DNA of 64,000 nt from assembly GCA_951406725.2 (NCBI GenBank), contig OX597814.1, forward strand, positions 143,778,001 to 143,842,000, given 5' to 3'. The DNA is from Octopus vulgaris (taxonomy: Eukaryota). Under the pieces are notes generated by a model. The model saw only the letters and a list, made by a program, of their open reading frames with translations. It did not search any database and had not been told where the DNA came from. A program made the position numbers and the translations under genes. The number at the start of each line of letters is the position of its first letter. Position 1 is the stretch's first letter. Positions 13,046 to 26,030 of the stretch are shown here, one piece after another.

Positions 13046-14522
13046 TATTTCTTATTTGCATGGTAGTGACGTAACAACCTAGCAACTGTGACAGAATTCT
13101 GGTCAAGCAGCTTTGTGGTATCTAGTTACGGCTCTTTATATTCGCAGATTAAATTCCACCTTTGGTAGAGTTTATGTTTTATTATATGGGGGTCGTCGAA
13201 CCAAATAATAACGAAATAGTGGAGACGATTATATCTCCTATATTTCTGTCGTACACTTATTCTCATGTGCCGCTGTTAGAAATCAATGTTTTTACATTTT
13301 ATGGCCTCCTCTTTTTTCATAGTAATTGTTTCAAATTTTGGAAGAAGGTCAGTAATTTCTTAGGTGGAAGTGGGGTTAGACGGTTATAATAAGGTATTTG
13401 AGTGGTGCTTTATTTTATCGTCGGTGAAAGAATAAGAATCAGAGCCTATTTCAGCGGGATTTGTAATCAATACGTAAAGAGCGGTAAGAAGTTCCGCAAA
13501 GTTAAACTCGGCAGTATTTGGAGTCAGAGTGTAGACTGCTAAATTGTCATTTCCGTTATATAAACTGAATATTTCTGTAGGCACAAGGCTTGAAATTTTG
13601 GAGACCGGGCCTGTCGATTACTTCAATCCGAATGGTCGACTAGTAGTTCTTTTATCATCCTCGAAAGGGATGAAAGGTTTAGTTAACTACGGTGGAATTT
13701 GAACTTAGAGCGTACTTTTTTCACGTACATATAAATAGAATATTTTAAGGGAACTACAACCAAATAGATCTGAGTCCAGTATGTTTCTGTTACTATTCTG
13801 TCGATTCAGAAGGTTGAATTACAAAAATGGACTCCAATAGATTTTTAACAGGGCAGGAGTAAGTCGATTACATCGACTCCAGTATGGAACTGGTACTTAA
13901 TTTATAGACCCCGAAAGGATGAAATGCAAAGTCGACCTCAGAGGAATTTCAGCTCAGAACGTAAAGACGGACGAAATATCGCTAAGCATTTTGTCTGGCG
14001 TGCTAACGCCTCTGCCAGTTTGCCGCCTTGACATAACTAAATATCGCAAATCATTTTGGCTGTCACTCTACCGTTTCTGCCATCCGCCTCTGTTGGGGAC
14101 ATAATTGAAAACATGATTTCTAATATCCGTTGAACGACTACATCCTCGGAGAAAGGGATATAGTCGATCACAATGTTGATGATACCAGTGCTTCACTGTT
14201 ATTTACTTTATGAATCCTAGAAAGATGAAACATAAAGTAAACGACGACAGAATTTGAATTTTAAAACATGGGCCTTAAAATATTAATTAAATGCACATTT
14301 TCCCTGTTGCTCTAAAAAACGATAAATATTATTTATTCCTGAGCACGAAGTTCCAATTGTTTTCGAGTGAGTTACTGGGTAGTATTTATTTTAATCGTAA
14401 GAATAAATGGCAAAGTCTAATTCAGCAAGATTAAGCTCAATAAGACATAATTAAATAGACATAGCAGTTTTCTTCTGCGGTACTTCAAAATTCAATAGTT
14501 ATTGAAAAATATATATGCTTAC

Positions 14523-14654
14523 CAAGATGTATCGAAACATTTGCTAACTCAGTAATGTATTTTTCCATTGTTTTTGATATATCGATAAGGAAAAACATAT
14601 CCACGGCAGAATCTTTGGTTTGGTAAAACTTAAATGGAATTTCCACTGTTTGAT
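14523..14654 (-). CDS. ITGB: Integrin beta exon 5 (HQTVEIPFKFYQTKDSAVDMFFLIDISKTMEKYITELANVSIHL; MIDAS)
   Basis: ctttttag acceptor, G|GTAAGC donor, phase 1/1; VD.Y.L.D.S.(S/T)M MIDAS strand. Confidence 0.93.
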
Positions 14655-14685
14655 CTAAAAAGAGATATGCATATATTAAATTCAA

Positions 14686-14743
<58 letters not shown>

Positions 14744-14940
14744 TTATATATATATATTTATATATATATATATATAAATGGGGTGTGTGTTGCGTACCGT
14801 TACGTAATAATTGAAAAATGCATTGTAAACAAACAACGACGAATACATAACGTATATGTATAAGAAACAGAGGGTCCCTAATTCTTCATCAGTTATCAAC
14901 CAAAATGGTAATACTCAGTTTCGCACCATTAATGATATAT

Positions 14941-15742
14941 ATGAAGGGATACCGAAAAGTAACTGGAGACGTTCTCCGTGGGACAGGCCCGTTGCAGGTT
15001 AGGCTTCTACCGCTAGAGACCACTTGGTGCAACCCTCGACTATCAGTCTACCGACCGGCGTTTTTCGGTGACTGAAACGAAGAATCAGCATGCTTCCGTG
15101 AAATTCTGTTTTCTGCTGGGGAAAACGGCGACCGAAACAGTTGTCATGCTTCAAACAGCTTACAAGGACGCTACCATGAGCAAAACACAAGTTCAATAGT
15201 GGTTTTCATGCTTTAGAAATGGTCACTTGTCGCTTGGGAACCAACCTCGTTCAGGGCGACGGTCGACCTCCCTAACGAATGAAAACATCACGTAAATTCA
15301 TGAACTGATCTTGGAGGACCGTCACCGAACAATTGACAAACTTGTTGATATGGCTGGTGTATCCTGGAGCACCTGCCAATGACTTTTGAACGAGGAATTG
15401 CGAATGAAAATAGTTGCAGCAAAATTTGTGCTTCGCTTGCTCACGGAAGATCAAAAGCAGTCACGACTGAATGCTTGTCGTGAACTGAAAGAACAGTTGG
15501 AAGTGACGAAAGCTTGCGGTATGGAATTTGCAAATGTAAAAGAATGAAGCAAAAATTGATGGAGGTGTTAAAAGATATTACTTTGCAAGAGTTCCAGCAC
15601 CGTTTCGAAAATTGGAAAACGCGTCTGGACCGATGCATTGCTTCAAATGGAGAATATTTCGAAGATGATAAATGAGTAAACATGTAAAACTAAGTAAATA
15701 AAATTCCGGCAAAATTCCAGTCTCTTTTGGGTACCCTCTCGT
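14941..15742 (+). mobile_element. Internally deleted mariner element
   Basis: Imperfect TIRs (GAAGGGATACCGAAAAG / CTTTTGGGTACCCTCTCG) with TA flanks; VKFCFLLGKTATET...W...F.NG...PRSGR HTH with stops; end fragment also at 25069-25150. Confidence 0.8.
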
Positions 15743-16418
15743 ATTTATCCAAAAGGGTGCTAAAAAGTTGTTCCTGATTTTAAGGATGTCGCGAAAGGCC
15801 TGGCTGGAGGTCCAACCTTGCAGGGTTTAGAAAAGCTGAAGGATTGCTGAATGAAGTGTGTGAATTTGTTGAATACAATCATAATTAACTGATCCTCCTG
15901 TATTTACTTTTACCGAAAGCCAGTAATTGTTCAGCGCTCCTTCTTATATGTCACCCACCCACACTCATATATAGAAACTGAGAGATAGAGAATGTACTGG
16001 CTTCAAATTTGCGCACAAGACTAGCAATTACGGGGGGTGGGGTAAGTCTATTGCATCGATTCCCAGTACTTAACTGGTACTTATTTTATCGACTCCAAAA
16101 GGATGAAAGGCAAAGTCAACCTCGGCAGAATTTGAACTCAGAGCATAAAGACAGACGAACTGCAGCTAACCATTTTTCCAGGCATGCTAACAATTCTATC
16201 AGTTCGCTGCCTTAGATAGATAGATCACGTTTGGTCTAATAATAGTAAAATGGTCAAAATTTGGTGATGCTTGAGCGTATTCGGCGTAAACTATTTTAGG
16301 AACAGATCACGCGTCGAAGCAATATTATACCCCGTACACTACTTTGAGCAAGTGACTTCGATACCCACTGACTGAGAATAGTGAGTGAAATTTAGTAAGA
16401 GGATCAGCACAAAAACCC

Positions 16419-16489
<71 letters not shown>

Positions 16490-16651
16490 ACACATACACA
16501 CACACAAACACACACACATACACAGTATTTATATTATGTGTATGTGTGTATAGACACAGAAAGAGTATATAATATGTTCTTTTATTCTTTTACTTGCTTC
16601 AATCATTAGACTGTGGCCATGCTGGAGCACCGCTATATATAGATATGTTAG

Positions 16652-16711
<60 letters not shown>

Positions 16712-16903
16712 ATATCTTTAGGACTGTATAGGACATGAGTGATTCTGTACAATTTCCAACTATTAAATTTCACTTAAAATTCATTGGTCAACTTGAAGCA
16801 ATTGTAGAAGACACTTACCCAAAGTGGAGCGCTGTTCGTTTGCACTCAGTGCCATTTGATAGTTAATGTCTGTGCTGATATCTTTAAATGAAGGTATACT
16901 TAC

Positions 16904-16985
16904 GAGGTCGTATTCTGAGGTGGATTTTCTGTGGCTGCATAACCACTGCTTTCTTAGTTGTTGAACCGTCTCTGACTTTTTCGTC
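16904..16985 (-). CDS. ITGB: Integrin beta exon 4 (DEKVRDGSTTKKAVVMQPQKIHLRIRP)
   Basis: acaatag acceptor, C|GTAAGT donor (phase 1); QPQ.I.L.LRP hybrid-domain motif; not in the ORF track. Confidence 0.9.
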
Positions 16986-17020
16986 CTATTGTAATAATGA
17001 TTATGCATATGAATATATAT

Positions 17021-17231
17021 TTAACCCTTTAGACTTCAGATTACTCTGTCAACTGTAATGCTTATTTACTCACATTGTTTTGAATTTATTATTCGTTATC
17101 TTGTAGTTTAGAGATTTCGACGATGTGTATGCTTAGTTTTAGAATGGCATTGTAGAGCTGGTGTCAGTTTCAACATAAAACAGGCTGAATATGTTGGCCT
17201 GATATGGCCGCTTTGAATGCTAAAGGGTTAC
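17021..17231. mobile_element. piggyBac-like MITE (TTAA-CCCTTTAG...CTAAAGGG-TTA)
   Basis: Short TIRs; second copy in opposite orientation at 30442-30667 inside the mariner. Confidence 0.6.
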
Positions 17232-18449
17232 AATATAATGTTCTTGTTACAACACGTGCTCAAAATACTCCAAAAGAGCCTCTGATTTCTCTACCTAGTC
17301 ACGCTTATTATTTTATTTCTATGCAATGAGAACCGACTTGGGTTCATACAACATCAACTTAAAATTATATAACTAAATATTTAAGGTGTATATAATTACT
17401 GTGTAGTTGTGGATCTTTAACCACATGCCAGCCCTGATCTAGTAAACCCCTGATGTTTAAGATGTGACCAACCTGATTATATTTTATTTCAGAGACTACA
17501 TTGTGTATTTTTTTTGTTTATAAGTGTGCTGGATTTTGACTACTTTTTGTAACATGTCGAGCGATATCGTAATGATTTTTTTCTCGTTGGTTAATACTAT
17601 AGCTTCATGCATTTATACAACTTATACAATAGCTTCATGCATTTATACAATTTAGTAGCTATATGATAATTAAAGTATCGAAGATTTGGTTGGCCCAAAT
17701 GCTATAAGAGAAAACACTTGCCAAAGGTGCCACGTAGCGGGACTGAACCCCGAAAACATGTCGTTGGGAAGAAAACTTCTTACCACACAGTCACAAAAGA
17801 AGGAAAAATAATAGGGCACATTTACAGTTTTGCAAAAGGAAAATTCGAAAGCCCAAGATTATTTCTCTGTTAAGAAGCTCACAGCTAATCACGGGGCCAG
17901 CGCCTATTCTGACAATATTTTTCTACATATCGCTGTAGAACTATTCCAATCAAAACTTACATGCCAACAATTAACAACAAAGATGAACTGAATGACTGAC
18001 AATAGATACTATATATATACCAAGCTTTATAACACTTGATATAATTCATCCACGTACACGTTTCAATCCTATGTCACACTTGCACTCAGTTACCTACTAC
18101 GATTCGTCAAACCACAAGTGGATGCTTAATTTATATTCATATTCCGATAGATTTGGGTCAAAGCCTAGGCCTTTTGGGATAAAAATAAATGACTGATTGC
18201 AAACAAATAAACAGTATGGGACCCTTTCATTTTTATACAAATTTTTGCTTATCTGTGATTATAGCCAGCAGCCTCCACGATACTTGTGTGTGTATGTGGG
18301 GGGGGGGAGTGTGTGTGTGTGTGTGTGTTTAACTGTGTGTATGTGTTCCGTTGTGTACTGTAACTTAGCAGTTTGACAAAGACTGTCCGTAAAATACATA
18401 TTAGAATGGGGGGAAAAAAGCATCGGAGGGGCAATGCATACCATGCGCG

Positions 18450-18790
18450 CGCACACAGATAAAATAAAATTTAATAAATATATTCTCAGACGAATTCGTA
18501 TTTCAACAAAATGACATCAAGAGTTATTTCCCCTTTTTATTGTTTATGCATATACATTTTGATACACTCGTCCGCCAGTTTTGAAGATAATCAAACGAAA
18601 ATAATGAGTTCGAGCCACTCACCCAATGTGTACTTCAGCCGAATTTGGTGAAAATCCGTTCAGCCGTTTTCCAGTAATTTTGCAAACACACAGACAGACT
18701 AAGACAAGCTACTACAAACATAGAGACAGACAAACACACAGACAAACAGAAAAAGCTTGCGCTTACGCGCGCAGGGTGATATACTAAATA
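18450..18790 (+). mobile_element. Helentron/Helitron-type non-autonomous fragment
   Basis: AATTTGGTGAAAATCCGTTCAGCCGTTT, (ACAG)n, terminal hairpin CTTGCGC..GCGCAGG. Confidence 0.45.
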
Positions 18791-18897
18791 ATGAAGCCAA
18801 CATGATCGAGTAAGCATTGGAAGATGCTACACCAGTTTAACGGCATCCAATTAGTAAAACAGTGTAAGAAAAAAGAATATGCAGTTAAAATATTTAC

Positions 18898-18993
18898 CTC
18901 AATCGATGTAATTGTGTACTGTGGATCATTAAAATCATTGCAACCATTGGCAATATGCTTTTCTTTCTGATTACAACGCATGCTGGCATAATT
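18898..18993 (-). CDS. ITGB: Integrin beta exon 3 (NYASMRCNQKEKHIANGCNDFNDPQYTITSIE)
   Basis: tctttcag acceptor, GAG|GTAAAT donor, phase 0/0; RC...GC...P end of PSI. Confidence 0.9.
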
Positions 18994-19039
18994 CTGAAAG
19001 AATTAAAGAATGATTTGTTATACATACACGAAGCGGTAG

Positions 19040-19739
19040 TTAAGATGCTGGTTAATGTTTACAATATTACCGGGAACCGAAATCAAAACCAAAAGAAATA
19101 GTGCAACGGATGTAAAAGTGTAGGAAACAAATATGGAAACAAAAATGCGCGCAAAGCAACGGGGGTAGGGTGGAGAGAGGACTTTGGAAAATTCATGAGA
19201 TCCGAGGTTTTCCCTCATAACTTTTAGGAAAATGGTTTTTTTTAAATGAAATTTTAAATAAATACCTTTCAAACGGCATATATTGCGATTATAAAGAAAT
19301 TTGTGGATAAATCTTTTCTAAGGGGGTGGGGAGAGGACACTTCAGGAAATTCCCAAGATCTGATATTTTTCCCTCATAACTGTTAGGGAGATGGATTTAT
19401 TGGAAAATGTTGTTTTCGTTTATTCGATGAATGAATTACGGTAACCTAATATGCCACAATCAGCAGTTTGGGATGAATATATCGAGTGATTTCAAGAGGT
19501 ATACTTTTTTACTCTTTTACTTGTTTCAGTCATTTGACTGTGGCCATGCGGGAGCACTGCCTTTTAGTCGAACAAATCGACCGCAGGACTTATTCTTTGT
19601 AAGCCTAGTACTTAATCAATCGGTTCTTTTGCCGAACTGCTTCGTTACGGGGACGTAAACACACCAGCATCGGTTGTCAAGTGATGTTGGGGGGTACAAA
19701 CACAGACACACAAACATAATATACACACACACACATACA

Positions 19740-19797
<58 letters not shown>

Positions 19798-20790
19798 TAC
19801 GACGGGTTTCTTTCAGTTTCCGTCTACCAAATACATTCACAAGGCTTTGGTCGGCCCGAGGCTATAGTAGAAGACACTTGCCCGAAGTGCCACGCAGTGG
19901 GACTGAACCCGGAACCATGTAGTTCGTAAGCAAGCTACTTACTACACAGCCACTCAGATATTTTGTTTTAATATTATACTTTTACTTGTTTCGCACACAC
20001 ACACAAACACTAACGTGGTTTCTATAAGGATTTTGTATCATTCTTTCTCTCTCCTGTCCGGACCTCGATACCACTAATTTTTATAACATCAGCATTTTCA
20101 CTTATTATTCTTTTCAAACTCGTCAGAATTTTCAATCTAATGTAATCCACTCTCTAGTAAACGTATTTCTGCAAAATATTCGGATTCTTAGTTATGGTAA
20201 AGGTGCACTTGTAAAAATTTAATGAAATTTTAAAGAAAGAAACAGCCCACGTTTTCCAAACAAAAAAAGTGTTGTGTGGCATATTAGGTCATCGTAATCC
20301 ATTCATCGAAAAAATCAAAAACATTTTCCAATAATTCCGGTTCCCCGCCCCTTTTTTTCCGAAGAAAAATAAGAAATTTGCGGCACATTAGGCATCCGTA
20401 ATGCATGCCATTTGAAAGGTATTTATATACAATTTCATTAAGAGATATAAATTTTCCTCAAAGTTACGAGGGAAAAAATCGGGTCTTGTGAATTTTCCCA
20501 AAGTCCTCTTCCCATCCCCTCAGAAAAGATTTTCCACACACATTTCTTTATAACCGTAATGTATGCCCTTTGAAAGGTATTTATATGAAATTTCATTAAA
20601 AAACCCCATTTTCTTAAAAGTTATGAGGGAAAAACTCGGATCTTATGAATTTTCCGAACTCTTCTCCACCACCCGTTGCTTTACGCGCATTTTTGTTTTC
20701 ATATTCGTTTCCTACCCTTTTTACACCCGTTGCACTATTTGTTTTGTTACATTTCCGGGTAATATTGTAAATATTAACCAAGATGTTTAA
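19040..20790. mobile_element. Old foldback-like element with ~350-bp diverged inverted arms; SINE nested at 19509-19955
   Basis: 19040-19390 is reverse-complement homolog of ~20450-20790; ORF track shows near-identical peptides on opposite strands. Confidence 0.65.
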
Positions 20791-21114
20791 TGTTTCGTTA
20801 ATCACGTAAATAAATAACATGTCACCACCAGCGATATACGAACTCACGACTTGAGTGGTTTGTGCTGAATACCTTATCCGTATGGCCATCAAGCTTTTGG
20901 TGTGACTTATAGTCCTACGACGAAAGCCATTCTTGCTCAAAGTTATTAAAATGACGATTATTTTGAGGATGGGTATATCATACATTTTCGCACGCACACA
21001 AGTTTGTATGTATGTGTGTGCGCGTGTGTATGTACGTGCGCTATATGAATGTGTGTGGAAGTGAAGTGTGTGTACATGTGTGTGTGTGTGTGTGTGCGTG
21101 TGTGTGTTTGTGTT

Positions 21115-21177
<63 letters not shown>

Positions 21178-21351
21178 CACATCTTTTACTGTTCGGAAAA
21201 ATCAGAAGCAGTAGTAGCAACTATATCCTGAAAGAGGCGCAACTAAGTTTCAAGTGGGTGAGAAGAAGAAAAACAAGGAGGAGGAGAAGAAGAAGAAGAA
21301 GAAGAAGAAGAAGAAGAAGAAGAAGAAGAAGAAGAAGAAGAAGAAGAAGAA

Positions 21352-21401
<50 letters not shown>

Positions 21402-21644
21402 CGATGACGACGACTATGGTCATTAAGATCCTGATAACTGACAATGCCCCCTTGTGTTAAGTAGTAGTTCAAGATATATTGTATCGTATACTATAAATTA
21501 TAAGGAAAGAAAGATGATAGAAATCTCGTGTCGAGCGGAAAGCAGAGAATGTTCGTTGACTGATGGGCCTTATGACAATTAAATATATTATTATTGTTGT
21601 ATTTATTTTGGGAATTATTAAACACGCTAATCTAATTTTGGACA

Positions 21645-22115
21645 GGGCGGCGAACTGTCAGAAACTTTAGCACGCCGGGCGAAATGCGTAGCCGTATTTC
21701 GTCTGGCATTACGTTCTGAGTTCAAATTCCGCCTAGGTCGACATTGCCTTTCATCGTTTTGGGGTCGATAAATGAAATATCAGTTACGCACTGGGGTCGA
21801 TGTAATCGACTTAATCCCTTTGTCTGTCCTTGTTTGTCCCCTTTGTGTTTAGCCCCTTGTGGGTAGTAAAGCAATAGGTATTTTGTCTGCCGCTACGTTC
21901 TGAGTTCAAATTCCGCCGAGGCCGACTTTGCCTTTCATCCTTTCGGGGTCGATTAATTAAGTACCAGTTACGCACTGGGGTCGGTATAGTCGACTTAATC
22001 TGTTTGTCTGTCCTTGTTTGTCCTCTCTGTGTTTAGCCTCCTTGTGGGCAATAAAGAAATATAATCTAATTTTGGACTTCTGTCTGTCTATCTGTCCGTC
22101 TGTCTCTGTCTCTGC

Positions 22116-22148
<33 letters not shown>

Positions 22149-22650
22149 CATCTATCTATCTATCTATCTTTCTTGCACTCTCTCTCCCACTCACTCTCCA
22201 TTCTCCGTTTTCCCATTTATGTATTTATCTATTTATTTATTTATTTATTTATTCATTTATTTATTTTGCTTACTGTAGCACTCAGATTTTCAGGTTGAAC
22301 AAAGTCTTATCACTCTGGAAAGGTATGCAACGGTCATGATCCACTCCGTCTTACAAATATATACAAAATATACATTGACATCTACTAACGTACATTAATA
22401 TACACTTACTTCTTTTGAAGGCGGCGAGCTGGCAGAAACGTTAGCACGCCGGGCGAAATGCGTAGCCGTATTTCGTCTGCCGTTACGTTCTGAGTTCAAA
22501 TTCCGCCGAGGTCGACTTTGCCTTTCCTCCTTTCGGGGTCGATAAATAAAGTACCAGTTTCGCACTGGGGTTGATGTAATCGACTTAATCCGTTTGTCTA
22601 TCCTTGTTTGTCCTCTCTGTGTTTAGCCCCTTGTGAGTAGTAAAGAAATA
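21645..22650 (+). mobile_element. Two Meta-domain-like SINE insertions (21645-22062 dimer; 22419-22650, ending 11 bp from exon 2 donor)
   Basis: Near-identical to the other family copies in the window. Confidence 0.8.
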
Positions 22651-22661
22651 TGTACACTTAC

Positions 22662-22756
22662 CTCTTTTGTACACCAATAGCACTGCGGTGACGCTGTAAT
22701 GCATTTCCTACATGATTCTTGATCCTCGCAAATATGCTTAGAATCCTCGGTATCAC
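22662..22756 (-). CDS. ITGB: Integrin beta exon 2 (PSI domain: DTEDSKHICEDQESCRKCITASPQCYWCTKE)
   Basis: ttttgcag acceptor, GAG|GTAAGT donor; CxxC...CxWC PSI pattern. Confidence 0.93.
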
Positions 22757-23226
22757 CTGCAAAATTTAACAACAAAATATATTCATATATCACTATGTGG
22801 TTTAAAAGGTTCACTTTTTAACAATCTACTTCTGTGTTCAATTCCATTGCCCAGTACATTGTGTCTATCAGAACCTTACAAGCGAAACTTCGTTGAGGAA
22901 AATTGGGCGTAGGCAACATGAGATTTCTACACAAACACACACATATCCAACGGACTTTTTTGCCGGCCTCCACCAACCCCCCGATTTCATCGTACATTGA
23001 GAAACGGTTTACCCCATGGGCTCCTAGGGAGCGTTCGTGTTCGAGTTGCTTGCTGCGGCTTTGTTTTGTTTTGGACATCGTAATTGCTGAATTTTCCTGA
23101 AGAGAAAGCTGCAATATGGTATCCTTATTCAATCAGAATTCGGAAATTTGTGGCCTTTGAAACATGTGTAGAATGTAATAAAAGGAATTCTGTAGAATCT
23201 TCGTTCAGCTCCATTTCTTCCATTCA

Positions 23227-23260
<34 letters not shown>

Positions 23261-23264
<4 letters not shown>

Positions 23265-23496
23265 CATAAGGGACTAAAGCCATCTGAATATGGCTAGGGA
23301 CAGGGCAGGGTGGTGGGGGTGTTACTGTTGCATTTAGCCCCAGGCGAACATCGACGTCACCAGAAAGGCTAGACACCGACGGTGTCTAGCCTTTCTGGTG
23401 ACGTCGATGTTCGCCTGAGCTAAATGCAACAGTAACACCCCCACCACCCTGCCCTGTCCCTAGCCATATTCAGATGGCTTTAGTCCCTTATGTTAT
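23261..23496. repeat. ~236-bp near-perfect palindrome, diverged relative of the 8.2-kb element
   Basis: Centre A23379 (GACACCG-A-CGGTGTC); shares GTGTCTA..GCC, CCTGGGGCTA, ACAGTA.CA.CC, TAGCCATATT.A.ATGGC blocks. Confidence 0.9.
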
Positions 23497-23538
23497 CGAG
23501 CAGTTACTGTCTATATCTCTTTTAGAGAATTATTATTG

Positions 23539-23573
<35 letters not shown>

Positions 23574-23945
23574 TATATATATATCTGTGTATAGATATAG
23601 ATATATGCATATTTTAAAGGTAAAGATGGTATCTACAAAGGTTCTCACTGATGCACAAGTCTGTTTATGAAATACCAGCAGTTGTTCATGCATACCATCT
23701 CTCCCCTCTTTACGCAACTGATGTTATCCAAGAGAAAGCAAGGGACCGCTACAGCTTGGTACCAGTGGTAACGCAAATCATTTCTACACCTGGCTGAACT
23801 GGAGCAACATGAAATAAGGTGTTTTGCTCAAGAACACAACACATAGCCCTGTCCAGGAATCGAACTCACTACTTCATGACTATAAGCTCGACGCTATAAC
23901 CATGGAGCCATGCTCCTTCACACACACATACACACACGCGCACTC

Positions 23946-24005
<60 letters not shown>

Positions 24006-24029
24006 CATAAAAATATATATATGCACATA

Positions 24030-24646
24030 TGTTAATAACACATGGAAGGAGGTGCTTTTTCCACTCATCCAAGTGAATGCAGCTTTGGTCAGGATGAACT
24101 GATGTCATAAGACGGTATTGAACGTTCATCGGTGTTTCGACTCTAAAGAGTAACACCCTCCCTTTGATAGGCCAGAAGTGGTGGCCAAATCACTGCTCTT
24201 CATCTTGTGGCTTCCATTATAACTCTCCTCACTTCTTCCAAAGCCAACAAGAGGTTCTTTCCGCACAGCCACCCTTCGCTTCTCTCTTCTCATTCCCATG
24301 GTTGTAAGCATTCACCATGCCGACTGGGTAAGGAGCCCCCATACAACCAGCCACGACTGGGAAAAAGCCATAACTGTCATCCTTTCACCCTGCAATCCTG
24401 CAGAAGGGTCTCACACTTGGTACGCTTCAGTTCGTGGGTAAGCTCACACCCTTCTTCCCACGCCACCTTAAGTTCAATGAATATCATTTTCTTGATATTT
24501 TCAGATCACAGAATCCCATCTGGTTTCAGGGTCATATGGACGACCTGGGGGAAACTACAGTCTCTCCCGCAGGCTCACATTCATATCCTAAGATTGGGAT
24601 CGATGCAGCAAGCTATTAGTTGTTTTTTGCTCTCAATACTGCCCTC

Positions 24647-24693
<47 letters not shown>

Positions 24694-24850
24694 CTCTCTC
24701 TCTCTCCGGCTTAATTGTTGCTGTTGTTTTTTTCCCAATGATGATGTTTCTTGAGCCTTTTCTGCTCCAGGGTGTGAGCGTGTGTTGCAAGCACCCTATT
24801 ATTGTGTTACTAATATCTGCCTTGAGAAAGTTTTATTTTGCACCCTGACA
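24030..24850 (-). mobile_element. Degenerate LINE fragment (probable)
   Basis: GC-richer block between microsatellites with broken ORFs; family not resolved. Confidence 0.35.
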
Positions 24851-24973
24851 AAATGTCACACACACACACATACACACGAGTGAGTGGGCAAACGAAAGAA
24901 GAGCACTCAACACAGGTAATGTGAATTACATGTATGAATCGAAGCTGTTTAATCCATATATATATATATATAA

Positions 24974-25042
<69 letters not shown>

Positions 25043-25454
25043 TACACATACACACACACACAAATATATACGAGGGGGTTACCCAAAAGGAACCAGAATT
25101 TTACCGGAATTTTATTCACTTAATTTTATTCACTTTGTTACGTTTACATATGTTCGTTTAATTTGAAAATCTTATGAATGGGAAGTCCAACATTTGAAAA
25201 TAGTCTCATTAGTTATTGATTTCAAATGTTGGCACAAGGCCAGCAATTTCGTAAGTAGCGTAAGTTGATTACAACGACCCCAGTGTTCAACTGGTACTTA
25301 TTTTATCCCCCCCCCCGAAAGTAGGAAAGGCAAAAGTCGACCCCGGCGGCATCTGAACTCAGAACGTGAAGTCAGAAGGAATGTCGCTAAGTCTTTTTCC
25401 CGGTGCAGTAACGATTCTGTTAGCTCACCACCTTAGCTAATGTAGTTATTTGAA

Positions 25455-26030
25455 AGAGAAACTGGGAAACGTTTTTAGATGAGTGCTTTATTTTATGAAG
25501 TGAAAATCATGATCGAGCGAATGCAGTAAACGATTTCATTGAGAGTATAAACGCTCGCTTCTAGTTTTCTATCGAGTACAGCGACCTAGACTTTTTTCTG
25601 GGATACATAAGCGATTAAAAGGGACTAGAAATTAAAAACTAAAACTTATATACATTCTTTATTTACAGGCTTATGAAAATACCACTTTTATATTGCCTTT
25701 CGAAGCATACCCAAATTAAAATTCCACACAGCGAAGAGACTGTGCACAATAATTTTGAATCCGTCAACACTAAATTATAGACAAGATAAAATAAAGGAAA
25801 TACTTATCAATAGAAAATATTCCTTGGATTTAATCAATAACCACATTAAAACAGCGAAGTAAACTGTAATTGGGAAACTTCATAAAAGAGAATGCGATTG
25901 TGAAGAAAATATATTAGCATTTCTCTGTATTTTTAATCCAAAGAATATCAAAGTCTTTGTAAGCGTTCATAGAAGCCTACTTAAAAGTCGCGAAAAGTTT
26001 CATCCAATCGTTAAAAGACAAATGCAAACT
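25455..26030 (+). mobile_element. Degenerate Penelope-like RT fragment
   Basis: W..FLDECFIL* (RYxDD-like), FSIEY....FL, KIPHS...CTII...KEILINRKY...LI...IK.AK thumb-like region with stops. Confidence 0.55.
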
